From a virus, in IMG/VR virus record IMGVR_UViG_3300005836_000010: 59,357 nt of DNA. One strand, written 5' to 3'. Every line of letters begins with the position of its first letter. The first letter of the stretch is position 1. Under the pieces are notes generated by a model, which saw nothing but the letters and a program-made list of their open reading frames with translations, made no database searches and was not told the DNA's origin. Shown piece after piece: positions 25,329-33,224 of this stretch. The translations under genes and the position numbers were made by a program.

Positions 25329-26636
25329 TCACTCCTGATCGCCCATGCGGTCGGCGTGCTGCACGTCGCCGCTGTGCGACCAGCGGTTGTTGTAGTAACC
25401 CTTGACGAAGTAGTTGAAGAACTCGGGCCGGCATGCCGTGATGGCGCCGGTGCGTGGATCCTGGCGCAGCTGGCAGATGCCGCCGCCCACGTGGGCTGGG
25501 ATCTTCTTCTTGCGCATGAACGGAGTCTGGTCCTCGGTCGTGCCCGTCTGGATCGCGTGCACGTTGCGCACCATGTTGTAGGACATCTTGTGGTAGTGCC
25601 CGGCCAGCAGCACGCCGGGTTTCTCGCCACCGTCGTAGCCCTCGACGATCTTCTGCACTGTGTAGCTGATCGCATAGGCCGTGCCACCGCCAGGATGCAT
25701 CAGGTGAAGCACGGTGCTCTCGCCTGAGTCGACGTGCACGAGTCGCACGAACGACTCCATGAACCCCATGTCGACCCAGTCCTTGCGGCCTGCGTCCTGC
25801 ATCGCGCGCTCCGCGTAGCGGCCGATGTCGACGCCGGTGTTGTTGCAATACCAACCCTCATGGTCGTCGCCGGTCACAGCGTAGGTCACGATGCCTGGGC
25901 GCTGCGGGTAGTTCTTCACGAGGTACTGCACCTGCGCATCCATGCCGTGCACCAGCAGGTCGTGCATGTTGAAGCGCGCCTCGCCATCGATCCAGTTGCC
26001 GGCGTTGAACACGCGATCGACACCTTGCTCGGCGAACTTGTCGTACAGATCGTTCAGCACATCCTCGCGCGCGTACTTGCTGCCCAGGTGGTTGTCGCTG
26101 GTGAACCCGAAGAGGTACGTGCCATCGGGCCGGCTCGTGTACGTCGGCAGATCCTTGCTGTCGAACGCATGCTTCGGTGCGGGCACGCTGTGCACCGTGA
26201 ACTTGCCGCTGAACTCCTGCACGTTGATGCCGGCTGCAGTGAGCGCATCGAGTTGATCGATCACGGCACCGCGGGTGGTGTGCAGTTGCTCGGCTAGCTC
26301 GGCCGGCGTGAACGTGCCCTTGGCCAACAGCTTGCGCAGCGCATCGGGCGACGCGACCGACGCGAGGGCTGCTGCAACTGGAAGAGTGGAATGCGCGGGC
26401 TTGCGCTTCGCGGTCTCCTCGCTCAGATCGTGGTGCGCGATGTAGCCGAACCTTGCGGCCTTCGACTCGACAGCCTTGAGCATGGAATGGACAGAACTGA
26501 AGTTGACTTTGAGAGCGCGCGCGGCTTCGCGCATCGAGCCCTTGTCCGCCACCATCTTCAAGACCTCAAGCTGCCGCGGTGTCGCCCACCGTGGATCGAG
26601 CAGCATCGGATCGACGCGAATCATTGGTGCACCCAT
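25329..26636 (-). CDS. Two-HTH N-terminal region fused to a calcineurin-like metallophosphoesterase
   Basis: HTHs ATPRQLEVLKMVADKGSMREAARALKV and FTPAELAEQLHTTRGAVIDQL; MPE motifs SDNHLG, AGNWIDG, TGDDHEGW, LAGHYH. Confidence 0.75.
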   Translation of the reverse strand: MGAPMIRVDPMLLDPRWATPRQLEVLKMVADKGSMREAARALKVNFSSVHSMLKAVESKAARFGYIAHHDLSEETAKRKPAHSTLPVAAALASVASPDALRKLLAKGTFTPAELAEQLHTTRGAVIDQLDALTAAGINVQEFSGKFTVHSVPAPKHAFDSKDLPTYTSRPDGTYLFGFTSDNHLGSKYAREDVLNDLYDKFAEQGVDRVFNAGNWIDGEARFNMHDLLVHGMDAQVQYLVKNYPQRPGIVTYAVTGDDHEGWYCNNTGVDIGRYAERAMQDAGRKDWVDMGFMESFVRLVHVDSGESTVLHLMHPGGGTAYAISYTVQKIVEGYDGGEKPGVLLAGHYHKMSYNMVRNVHAIQTGTTEDQTPFMRKKKIPAHVGGGICQLRQDPRTGAITACRPEFFNYFVKGYYNNRWSHSGDVQHADRMGDQE

Positions 26637-26645
26637 ACGACTACC

Positions 26646-27092
26646 TCACTTGGTTGAACGAAGTTTCTTGCCGACGGCGACAACGTCGTCGTGGCTATAG
26701 CGGTCCTTCAAAGGCAGGCCCGTCTTCTTCTTGATCAGTGTTGCGTAGGACATGAACCTCTCGCAGTGCGTCTCTGTGCTCCCGTACGTGTGCTCGTGCG
26801 CCATGACAGCGTGAACCATCTCGTGCACAAGCACGGTGAGGAAACCGTAGCGGCTCGTCATCTCACCGTGGAACGTCAGGTGCAGGCGCGTGCCCATCGG
26901 ATCAGGCCAGTGGCACGCAGCCCATTCGATCGTCTGCTCGCGGATCTCGACAGTGAGTGGGATCAGCGATCGCAGCTTCGGGTACCCGAACACCTCGGTC
27001 AACATCCGGCCCCACCAGTGTCGCACCAACCGTGGGGTTGGGTGGATCAGCTGGAATCCGTACCTGTCGAGGTGCTGTCGGATCGTGAGCAT
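26646..27092 (-). CDS. SprT-like zinc metalloprotease domain protein
   Basis: 148 aa; HExxH as LVHEMVHAVMAHEH, with the upstream pattern typical of SprT-like proteins. Confidence 0.7.
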   Translation of the reverse strand: MLTIRQHLDRYGFQLIHPTPRLVRHWWGRMLTEVFGYPKLRSLIPLTVEIREQTIEWAACHWPDPMGTRLHLTFHGEMTSRYGFLTVLVHEMVHAVMAHEHTYGSTETHCERFMSYATLIKKKTGLPLKDRYSHDDVVAVGKKLRSTK

Positions 27093-27111
27093 TGGGTATG
27101 ATCATACCCAA
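27092..27111. promoter_or_regulatory. Perfect 20-bp palindrome abutting the SprT-like start codon (operator or translational hairpin)
   Basis: ttgggtatgatcatacccaa is its own reverse complement; it contains a TATGAT -10-like hexamer on the coding (minus) strand. Confidence 0.6.
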
Positions 27112-27176
27112 CCTGGGCATTTCCTGTTGCGAATCAAGCACTTGTAACAGCCCCTCGGATCAGGTGGTACAAAAGA

Positions 27177-27198
27177 AAACGCCCCCGAAGGGGCGTTT
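27177..27198 (-). terminator. Rho-independent terminator after the lipoprotein gene
   Basis: aaacgcccc-cgaa-ggggcgttt; on the minus strand it is followed by TTTCTTTTG. Confidence 0.85.
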
Positions 27199-27218
27199 GT
27201 CTCAAGCCGGATAGGGGA

Positions 27219-27947
27219 TCAGGTGTAGTCGTTCGGGATCCACTTCCAGAAATCATCGCTGCTGAAGTCCTCGGAACCCGGAGACTTCAACCCGATGTTG
27301 GGCATCCATTGGTAGGCGGGATTCCAACCGCCAGACCACGACGCGCCACCTGTGTAGTACGACTGACACCACCACGTGGGTGGGTCGCCTTGCTGATTGC
27401 AAGTCGTGTACCCCACATAGAGCGGAGGAAGGCCATCGTTGTTGTCGAAGTAGTGCGACCACTGGATGAACGGCGGGCTGTCGTTCTTCGAGTAGCACAG
27501 GATGTGCTTCTTGCCGCCAAATTCTCGGCTCGTGCACTGCTCGCCCTGGCCGCTCGGGTCAGCCGGGAACCCCCGTATGTAGCCGACGTTGGCGCCCGAG
27601 TTGCCGATCGTGGTCTGGTAGCCACTCTGGAAGTAGAAACGGTACGAGCACGCGTAGGTGCCTGGGTTGCACCCGGCTGTCTGCAGCACGACGTTCGTGC
27701 ATGGGTTGCTCGACGAGCCCCAATTGACGCAAGTGTCCCAGGCAGCTTCCTCGTGCGTGGTGAACCGGTAGCCCGAAGGCGCCGGCTGACCCGACATCGT
27801 CCACAGGATCATCGTGCCGCCCGACTCTGCGTGCGCACGCGCTTCCTCGGGACTGGCCTTGTCACCGCCGCCACCACCGCATCCGGCAACAAAGAGGGCC
27901 GCAAGAGCGACCCGCAAAAGAGACAACAAAGATCGTTTCACTTCCAT
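27219..27947 (-). CDS. Cys/Trp/Gly-rich lipoprotein (moron-like)
   Basis: Lipobox LFVAG|C at the N-terminus; own RBS GAGGAG, -10-like TAAAAT upstream and own terminator downstream. Confidence 0.75.
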   Translation of the reverse strand: MEVKRSLLSLLRVALAALFVAGCGGGGGDKASPEEARAHAESGGTMILWTMSGQPAPSGYRFTTHEEAAWDTCVNWGSSSNPCTNVVLQTAGCNPGTYACSYRFYFQSGYQTTIGNSGANVGYIRGFPADPSGQGEQCTSREFGGKKHILCYSKNDSPPFIQWSHYFDNNDGLPPLYVGYTTCNQQGDPPTWWCQSYYTGGASWSGGWNPAYQWMPNIGLKSPGSEDFSSDDFWKWIPNDYT

Positions 27948-28036
27948 CTCTCCTCAGTCAGTGGCGAAATTGCCACCGGCAAAAGCTAGTTGCCCTTGCC
28001 GCTAGCCTCTCATTTTATCAGCAGGACGTTCATGGC

Positions 28037-28303
28037 CTAATCTCCAGTTCCTTGGCCGCGATTCTTTGAATGATTTGTTGCAGCGAACATCAGGAAATTG
28101 GCGGCGTCGGCACACTCGCTCGTGAATGACATCGGCTGGCCTACCACGTCATAAGCCTCGCCGATTTCCTCTAGGGCTCGCTTGAGGCACCAAGTCGGAC
28201 GGCAAGTCACCCATCCGCTCTTGTGCGAGTTCCCACGCATCTGACGTTCCATCTCACGCGCGAAGGCCATGATTGCTGGCCGCGGTCTGATTCCTTGGGT
28301 CAT
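28037..28303 (-). CDS. Small MazG-like/all-alpha NTP-PPase-fold candidate
   Basis: 88 aa; FAREMERQMRGNSHKSGW...LEEIGEA...ECADAANFLMFA pattern. Confidence 0.45.
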   Translation of the reverse strand: MTQGIRPRPAIMAFAREMERQMRGNSHKSGWVTCRPTWCLKRALEEIGEAYDVVGQPMSFTSECADAANFLMFAATNHSKNRGQGTGD

Positions 28304-28325
28304 GGCTCACTCTTTCTCAAATAGA

Positions 28326-29117
28326 TCACTTGATCAAAAACGCGCCGCCCACAGACATGCGCACGAACCGCTTCGGCCTGTAGGCTTGCACGAACTCATC
28401 GACCGCCGCGGTCGCACCGGGGAACGACTTGTAGCCATAGTCGTCGAGGAACATCGCGCCGCCCTCGATCAACTTGGGATAGACGAACCACAGCGCATCG
28501 CGCGTCGGCTCGTACAGGTCGACGTCGATGTGCGCGAACGCAACCCTGCCCACGTCGACATCGTGGAACACCTGCGGGATCCAACCCTTGTGCAGAACTG
28601 TGCGAGCCGGGTTGATCTTCTTAGCAAGTTCGTCGAAGTTGGATCGGAACGCGGCACGCACTTCCGCTTCGTGCGCGTTGCTGCCATCCTTCTCGGTGAA
28701 CTCCGACAGGCCTTCGAACGAGTCGAACACGTGCAGCTGCCCGGTGCCCCACTGGTACAGCGTGTCCTCGAGAATCAGCGTCGAGTGACCGTGCCAGCAG
28801 CCGCACTCCACCACGTTCGCTCGCGCCGGTGCAAGACAGATCGAGTCCGCTGCCAGTTGCTGCATGGTGAAGTACCGCATGCGCTTGAGTTCGTTGTCGT
28901 GCAGGCCACCCTGCGCAGCCTGGATGGTGTTCTTGTACTGCTGGTTCAGCGGGTCGGACGGATCCTGCGCGTCGATCCATTCCTTGTCGAGGGCGATGTA
29001 CTTGCCCACCGGAATCACACCATCGATGATCTTGTCGTACATCTCTGGCGGCAGATTGCCGCCGGCTGCTTTCACAGCGGCCTTGACCAGGGCTCGGAGT
29101 GGCTTGCGCGGGATCAC
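28326..29117 (-). CDS. TylF/MycF-family (macrocin-type) sugar O-methyltransferase
   Basis: VECGCWHGHSTL, VFDSFEG, AHIDVDLYEPT, FLDDYG motifs; GTG start overlapping the upstream stop. Confidence 0.75.
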   Translation of the reverse strand: MIPRKPLRALVKAAVKAAGGNLPPEMYDKIIDGVIPVGKYIALDKEWIDAQDPSDPLNQQYKNTIQAAQGGLHDNELKRMRYFTMQQLAADSICLAPARANVVECGCWHGHSTLILEDTLYQWGTGQLHVFDSFEGLSEFTEKDGSNAHEAEVRAAFRSNFDELAKKINPARTVLHKGWIPQVFHDVDVGRVAFAHIDVDLYEPTRDALWFVYPKLIEGGAMFLDDYGYKSFPGATAAVDEFVQAYRPKRFVRMSVGGAFLIK

Positions 29118-29383
29118 GGGAGCACCATGTCGATGCTGATGTGATCGGTCTCACCAGCGCCGGGCAGTTCGGCTGGCAACGGTGAGAAACTATCGGGTTG
29201 CCCGATGCGCCGCGCAACATGACGCAGCGCACCCTCGGTCGACTTGATCGCATGGCGCACGGCGATGACTGCCTGATCGGCGCCGGCCCTCTTCAGGTCG
29301 TCGCGCACCATGCGCAGGTCATAGAGCGCACGGTTGATCCGATTGACATCCGCATCGGTGGCGGGTTTGAGTTTGCGTGTCAT
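29114..29383 (-). CDS. Hypothetical protein
   Basis: 89 aa from ATG 29383 (ATGA overlap). Confidence 0.5.
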   Translation of the reverse strand: MTRKLKPATDADVNRINRALYDLRMVRDDLKRAGADQAVIAVRHAIKSTEGALRHVARRIGQPDSFSPLPAELPGAGETDHISIDMVLP

Positions 29384-29568
29384 GTGTTCTCCAATGCCCA
29401 CACCATGCCGGCGACAAGGAGGGCGAACTCAGTGACGGCGCAAGTCACCACCAAAGGCCCACCCCACCAGTTGCGGATGCCATCTGTGAAGTGCACGAGA
29501 GCCGCCCAAAACCAGACGTTGCCGATAAGGGCCGCGAGGACCAGCAGAACGCGTTTGGTTGTGCTCAT
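29380..29568 (-). CDS. Small two-TMD membrane protein
   Basis: 62 aa from ATG 29568 (ATGA overlap); VLLVLAALIGNVWFWAAL and VVTCAVTEFALLVAGMVWAL. Confidence 0.55.
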   Translation of the reverse strand: MSTTKRVLLVLAALIGNVWFWAALVHFTDGIRNWWGGPLVVTCAVTEFALLVAGMVWALENT

Positions 29569-29939
29569 GCGCCGCTCCCCATACCCAGCTTGTACCGCAT
29601 GACGGCACGGATGCGGGTCAGCAAGACTGGGTCCGGGTAGTAGCCGCCGTCCGCTGCGTCCATGAGGATCTGCACGACTTGCCCCACTCTCTGGCGCTCG
29701 TCTCGCTGCACCACCCCGAACACTTCTTTGATGGCTTGCTTCGCCTGCAGAACCATCACCATGCCTGGATCGATCTCGTTGGCGAGGGCGCACATCGGGC
29801 AGCGCCCGTCGCGGTCTCGGATCACACCTCTTTCGCCAACATCCCAACCCCGGTCAGCGACGATCGGGAGAAGATCGAGGAGCACTTGGCCCAGATCCTT
29901 GGGCAAGTTGGCCGAGGGGTTGCTGTTTTGCGTGTCCAT
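29565..29939 (-). CDS. Hypothetical protein
   Basis: 124-aa ORF in the coupled early gene chain. Confidence 0.55.
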   Translation of the reverse strand: MDTQNSNPSANLPKDLGQVLLDLLPIVADRGWDVGERGVIRDRDGRCPMCALANEIDPGMVMVLQAKQAIKEVFGVVQRDERQRVGQVVQILMDAADGGYYPDPVLLTRIRAVMRYKLGMGSGA

Positions 29940-29942
29940 GTG

Positions 29943-30200
29943 TCAGTTCTCCAGTGCGGCCTCTTGCTGGCTCAGTTGGTGGAACCGAGCGGTCGTGATG
30001 GCACCCCCTTGTGCCACTGGGTGATTCTTGAGCAACCAGCGGTGTTGAGTGGCGAGGCACCCGGCAACCCACTGGAATGCCACATGCTCGTCTGAGTCTG
30101 GCGCGTACTGGCCCGATGCCGTGTGCAGGTCGCTGATCGCCTGCTCCAGTGCCCTGGCTCGTGCCTTGTACTGCGCCGGCTTCAGGAACGGGCGCGTCAT
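29943..30200 (-). CDS. Hypothetical protein
   Basis: 85 aa from ATG 30200 (ATGA overlap). Confidence 0.5.
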   Translation of the reverse strand: MTRPFLKPAQYKARARALEQAISDLHTASGQYAPDSDEHVAFQWVAGCLATQHRWLLKNHPVAQGGAITTARFHQLSQQEAALEN

Positions 30201-30424
30201 AGTGGGTCGATCCGGCTTATCGAGAGGGCCAACGCATCGAGCCGTCTCTCCAGTGCATCGAGACGTGCGAGCACTGTCTCCATCCGGCTTTCCGGTCCCT
30301 TGCGCAACCACTCCTGGGCTCGGGCCATGTCCCCGTCGCAAGCCACCAGCGCGTGCTTGCACTCCATCATCGGGTGGTCAGACCGCTTGCGCAGTTCGTT
30401 CACCATGGCTACGGTGATTATCAC
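30197..30424 (-). CDS. EF-Ts N-terminal (UBA-like) domain mimic plus short coiled coil
   Basis: [36 protein letters not shown] aligns by eye with E. coli EF-Ts [37 protein letters not shown]; start GTG 30424 (GTGA) or ATG 30406. Confidence 0.65.
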   Translation of the reverse strand: MIITVAMVNELRKRSDHPMMECKHALVACDGDMARAQEWLRKGPESRMETVLARLDALERRLDALALSISRIDPL

Positions 30425-30639
30425 GACTGCTTCTCCTCGGGCAGGTAGACCGTGTTCAGCGTCTCGATGCGACCGGTGTCCCGGTCCCACGACAGCACCT
30501 TGCTCGTGATCGCGACGCTCCCGACACCGTTGCGCTGCGTCGGGTGGTCGATCGTTTCGAGCAGCGCGCTCGTGCGATAGGGCAGCGCCATGCCGCGGTA
30601 GCGCACCACGGGCTTGGGTGTGGGTTGGTCGGTGGTCAT
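30421..30639 (-). CDS. Hypothetical protein
   Basis: 72 aa; ATGA overlap with the upstream gene. Confidence 0.5.
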   Translation of the reverse strand: MTTDQPTPKPVVRYRGMALPYRTSALLETIDHPTQRNGVGSVAITSKVLSWDRDTGRIETLNTVYLPEEKQS

Positions 30640-31097
30640 GAGTCGCTCCCTTTCACGTGGAGGTGGTTCCTAGATTCCAGCAGCATGTCGTGCATCGAGC
30701 GGCCACTGTTCTGCTTGCGCAGTTCCGCCAAGTCGACCGAGTACCCGAGCGCCGGGTCACCGAGCATGTCCATCAGGAACTGCAGATCGTTCTCGGTGAC
30801 CTCGCCGGCTGGGTGCTCGCGCCGGTAGTAGTCCAAAGCCACGCGGATCATGTTCCGCTCGGCCTTGGTCAACACCAGCGGCACCTTCTCCAGGGATTCC
30901 AAGAACGCAGTGCGCGCGCTCGATACGCGCGTCGGCACCGTGTGCGTCATCCGCTTGTGGGTCTCGGGTGTGGCGCCGGTCAGAACGGCTTGCTCGAATG
31001 CTTCGCGCGCCAACTGGATCAGGAACTTGCGGTGCTCGCCGTAGTGGTCGACCAGGGCGTGCACCTCATCTTTGACATAGAAACTAATAGTTGGCAT
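30636..31097 (-). CDS. Hypothetical protein, possible RHH-type N-terminus
   Basis: 153 aa; a beta-strand-like [10 protein letters not shown] followed by helices; first gene after the large palindromic element. Confidence 0.5.
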   Translation of the reverse strand: MPTISFYVKDEVHALVDHYGEHRKFLIQLAREAFEQAVLTGATPETHKRMTHTVPTRVSSARTAFLESLEKVPLVLTKAERNMIRVALDYYRREHPAGEVTENDLQFLMDMLGDPALGYSVDLAELRKQNSGRSMHDMLLESRNHLHVKGSDS

Positions 31098-31159
31098 GTG
31101 GTCTTCCAGTTGCTCTGGATTGAATCGTAGTCTGCTTTAGGGGGTCTGGCAAGGGGTTT

Positions 31160-31290
31160 CTGCACCTTGCACCTCCGCCCCACCCTCCTAGCTATTCCCC
31201 CCGTAAGGTATCCAGTATTTAATCAAATTAAATACTGCATTACAAGGAAGACCAATAGCCAGGAGGGTGGGGGCGAGGTGCAAGGTGCAG
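31160..31290. repeat. 131-bp nested palindromic element: 37-bp inverted arms, AT-rich core with an inner 11-bp inverted repeat
   Basis: Arms 31160-31196 and 31254-31290 (2 mismatches); inner cagtatttaat-caa-attaaatactg at 31213-31237. Confidence 0.9.
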
Positions 31291-31304
31291 GATTAGCTTT
31301 ATCT

Positions 31305-31667
31305 TCAGGCCAAGTCCTCGCCCGGTTTGCTGTTGCGCCGTAGTGCTTTGACGTTCGGCAGGTGGGCGCCGCGGGGGCTGTTTGCCGTTGTCCATTGGAC
31401 GTCGCCGAATGCCGGGTCGCTGGGCTTGGAAGGTGCAGGGGCTCGGGACAGGTGGGTGTTCAGCCACGCGCACAGCGCCGACCGTCCCCCGGACTTGAGG
31501 GGGACGTGCAACGGGGCAGGCCTGAACACTTCAGGCACGTAGCCGCCCAGCTTGGCGTAGTGCGCCCTGATCATGGCAGCGAGGCGCCGGCCATCGATCT
31601 GGGTGGGGGCCCAGGCGTAGCAGGCGCCGAGATCCTCGTCGAGATAGGCAACGCGCCAGACCTTCAT
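31305..31667 (-). CDS. Hypothetical protein
   Basis: 120 aa from ATG 31667 (ATGA overlap). Confidence 0.5.
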   Translation of the reverse strand: MKVWRVAYLDEDLGACYAWAPTQIDGRRLAAMIRAHYAKLGGYVPEVFRPAPLHVPLKSGGRSALCAWLNTHLSRAPAPSKPSDPAFGDVQWTTANSPRGAHLPNVKALRRNSKPGEDLA

Positions 31668-31840
31668 GGTTTGGCTCGCTTGATCCCGAGCGGACCACCA
31701 GGGCGCCACGCGTGAACCAGTCGGGACAGGTAGGAAGCCATTGCCAGGGGCCTATGCGAGGTAGGGGTGCGGAACACACCCCACACGCTCACGTTACCGA
31801 TGCGCACGAGTCGGATGCGGGGTTTGCTAGGCGTAGTCAT
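31664..31840 (-). CDS. Hypothetical small protein
   Basis: 58 aa from ATG 31840 (ATGA overlap). Confidence 0.4.
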   Translation of the reverse strand: MTTPSKPRIRLVRIGNVSVWGVFRTPTSHRPLAMASYLSRLVHAWRPGGPLGIKRAKP

Positions 31841-32070
31841 GGGGCCTGCTCCAGGCGGGTCACATGGCAAATGCGTTTGCAGCGCGTGCCTTGGCTGCGC
31901 CACACGTCGATGGCGCCGCGACTGATGGCATGGCCCACGATCGCCACACCTTGCGCGCCGTCGGCGTATCGCACGAGCCACAGTTCTGTGGGCACCGCGC
32001 AATAGTCCAGCAGGATTCGCGCGCGGGCCAGCTTGCGCAAGCACTCCTCGCGCAGTTCAGGGCTACGCAT
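31837..32070 (-). CDS. Hypothetical protein
   Basis: 77 aa from ATG 32070 (8-nt overlap with the upstream gene). Confidence 0.45.
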   Translation of the reverse strand: MRSPELREECLRKLARARILLDYCAVPTELWLVRYADGAQGVAIVGHAISRGAIDVWRSQGTRCKRICHVTRLEQAP

Positions 32071-32275
32071 AGTCGTGCTCCTTGCGCAGTTCGATCGTGA
32101 TGATGGTGGGCGACAGGCGCCCATCGATCCTTGCCAATCGGGCTTTCGCTTCGGGCAGGGTCTGCCACCGGCCGGGGTCGGTGATCAGGATGGGCGAGCC
32201 AAAGACATGGCTAAGGTAGACCAAGCCAAAGACGTGACCACGCGGGGGCCGATCGGGGTCGTGTGCGCGAGTCAT
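32063..32275 (-). CDS. Hypothetical protein
   Basis: 70 aa from ATG 32275 (ATGA overlap). Confidence 0.45.
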   Translation of the reverse strand: MTRAHDPDRPPRGHVFGLVYLSHVFGSPILITDPGRWQTLPEAKARLARIDGRLSPTIITIELRKEHDYA

Positions 32276-32478
32276 TTCAGCGCCCCCGAGATCATGGCAA
32301 GGGTGCCGACGATCGACAGCAAGAGAGTGACACCGGTCACCCACTTGTGCAGGCGAAAGAAAGTCGGGCGCGAGTAGGGGCCATCGAACACGTCGCCCCG
32401 CCGATTGTGGCTCGGGTCGTCGATTGAGACCCGCTTAAATCGCGCGGTGGTCTCGTCGCAGTTGTAATCGTCGTTCAA
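32272..32478 (-). CDS. Small C-terminally anchored membrane protein
   Basis: 68 aa; TTG start overlapping the upstream stop; C-terminal TMD VTGVTLLLSIVGTLAMISGAL. Confidence 0.45.
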   Translation of the reverse strand: MNDDYNCDETTARFKRVSIDDPSHNRRGDVFDGPYSRPTFFRLHKWVTGVTLLLSIVGTLAMISGALK

Positions 32479-32654
32479 AGGGAATTCTCCTCGGTGAGGT
32501 TCGTGACAGCGCCAACATGTGGCGCATCGAACAGTGAGCCGTCGTCGTTGAAGGTCTCTTCCAGATGATCTCGGGCCCCGTACGCGATGCCGGTTGCCTC
32601 TTCGTGGTTGTCGGCGCGCACGTACAGGGTGAGGGTGATGGCGAACTCAGACAT
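32475..32654 (-). CDS. Small acidic protein (59 aa; below the track cutoff)
   Basis: Read by hand: ATG 32654 preceded by AGGAG gives MSEFAITLTLYVRADNHEEATGIAYGARDHLEETFNDDGSLFDAPHVGAVTNLTEENSL. Confidence 0.5.
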   Translation of the reverse strand: MSEFAITLTLYVRADNHEEATGIAYGARDHLEETFNDDGSLFDAPHVGAVTNLTEENSL

Positions 32655-32743
32655 GGTGTTTGCTCCTGAGAATGCACGAAGGGAGATCCTAAGTGCACAC
32701 GATAGCGGACGGGTCCTATTGCTGGTCCGCTAGGTGTGTGCGT

Positions 32744-33001
32744 TTAGATTCTGCCGGCGAGGGATTGAATGCCCGCGCGCTCGGCATCCAAGTCGGCGCA
32801 GTCCGCGGGGCTTGGCCATGGCCAGCACCCCTGCACGTGCGAGGGTTCGAACCCACTTGCACGACACGATGCGAGCGCTGCAGTCACGGCATCGGCGCGT
32901 GTCGGTCCGGGTATCACGCACGTGTGCAGTGCATCGAATACACCGATCGCACCATCGCGCCGGCATCGGACTTGCGCAGTCCAGAACTCGGATTGAATCA
33001 T
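32744..33001 (-). CDS. Hypothetical protein
   Basis: 85 aa; ATG 33001 preceded by AAGGGGA; ATGA overlap with the ORF upstream. Confidence 0.5.
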   Translation of the reverse strand: MIQSEFWTAQVRCRRDGAIGVFDALHTCVIPGPTRADAVTAALASCRASGFEPSHVQGCWPWPSPADCADLDAERAGIQSLAGRI

Positions 33002-33171
33002 GATGGTGTCCCCTTAAACATGCGCCGTAGGATCCTGCGTGCGCGGTTTGATCGCTCGGGCATTTGGCGATCGCACGTCAAACGCATCAATGTGTCTCGC
33101 AAGTCCGCCCCTTGTGGGTTGCGTATGCGCAGGATCGCGCATGGGTCGCCCGTTGTGGTCTGCTGGCGCAT
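32998..33171 (-). CDS. Possible small Arg-rich protein (weak call)
   Basis: 57 aa from ATG 33171; poor RBS and mixed third-position GC; supported only by the ATGA coupling downstream. Confidence 0.3.
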   Translation of the reverse strand: MRQQTTTGDPCAILRIRNPQGADLRDTLMRLTCDRQMPERSNRARRILRRMFKGTPS

Positions 33172-33224
33172 CCCTGAATTCGCATTGACGATTGTGTCAA
33201 TGCTGATCGTGTGCCTGCGCCGGG

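Noticed and set aside
31160-31290. Invertible promoter switch (inverton) reading of the 37-bp inverted repeats
   Set aside because: The invertible segment would be only 57 bp, and the genome encodes no recognisable tyrosine or serine recombinase. A hairpin/cruciform, origin or MITE-like element is more plausible.
32843-32854. T-loop-like string gggttcgaaccc, suggesting a tRNA
   Set aside because: It is a 12-nt perfect palindrome. Neither strand gives a 5-bp T-stem with a 7-nt loop, and no acceptor, D or anticodon arms can be folded around it. It lies inside a plausible small CDS (32744..33001).
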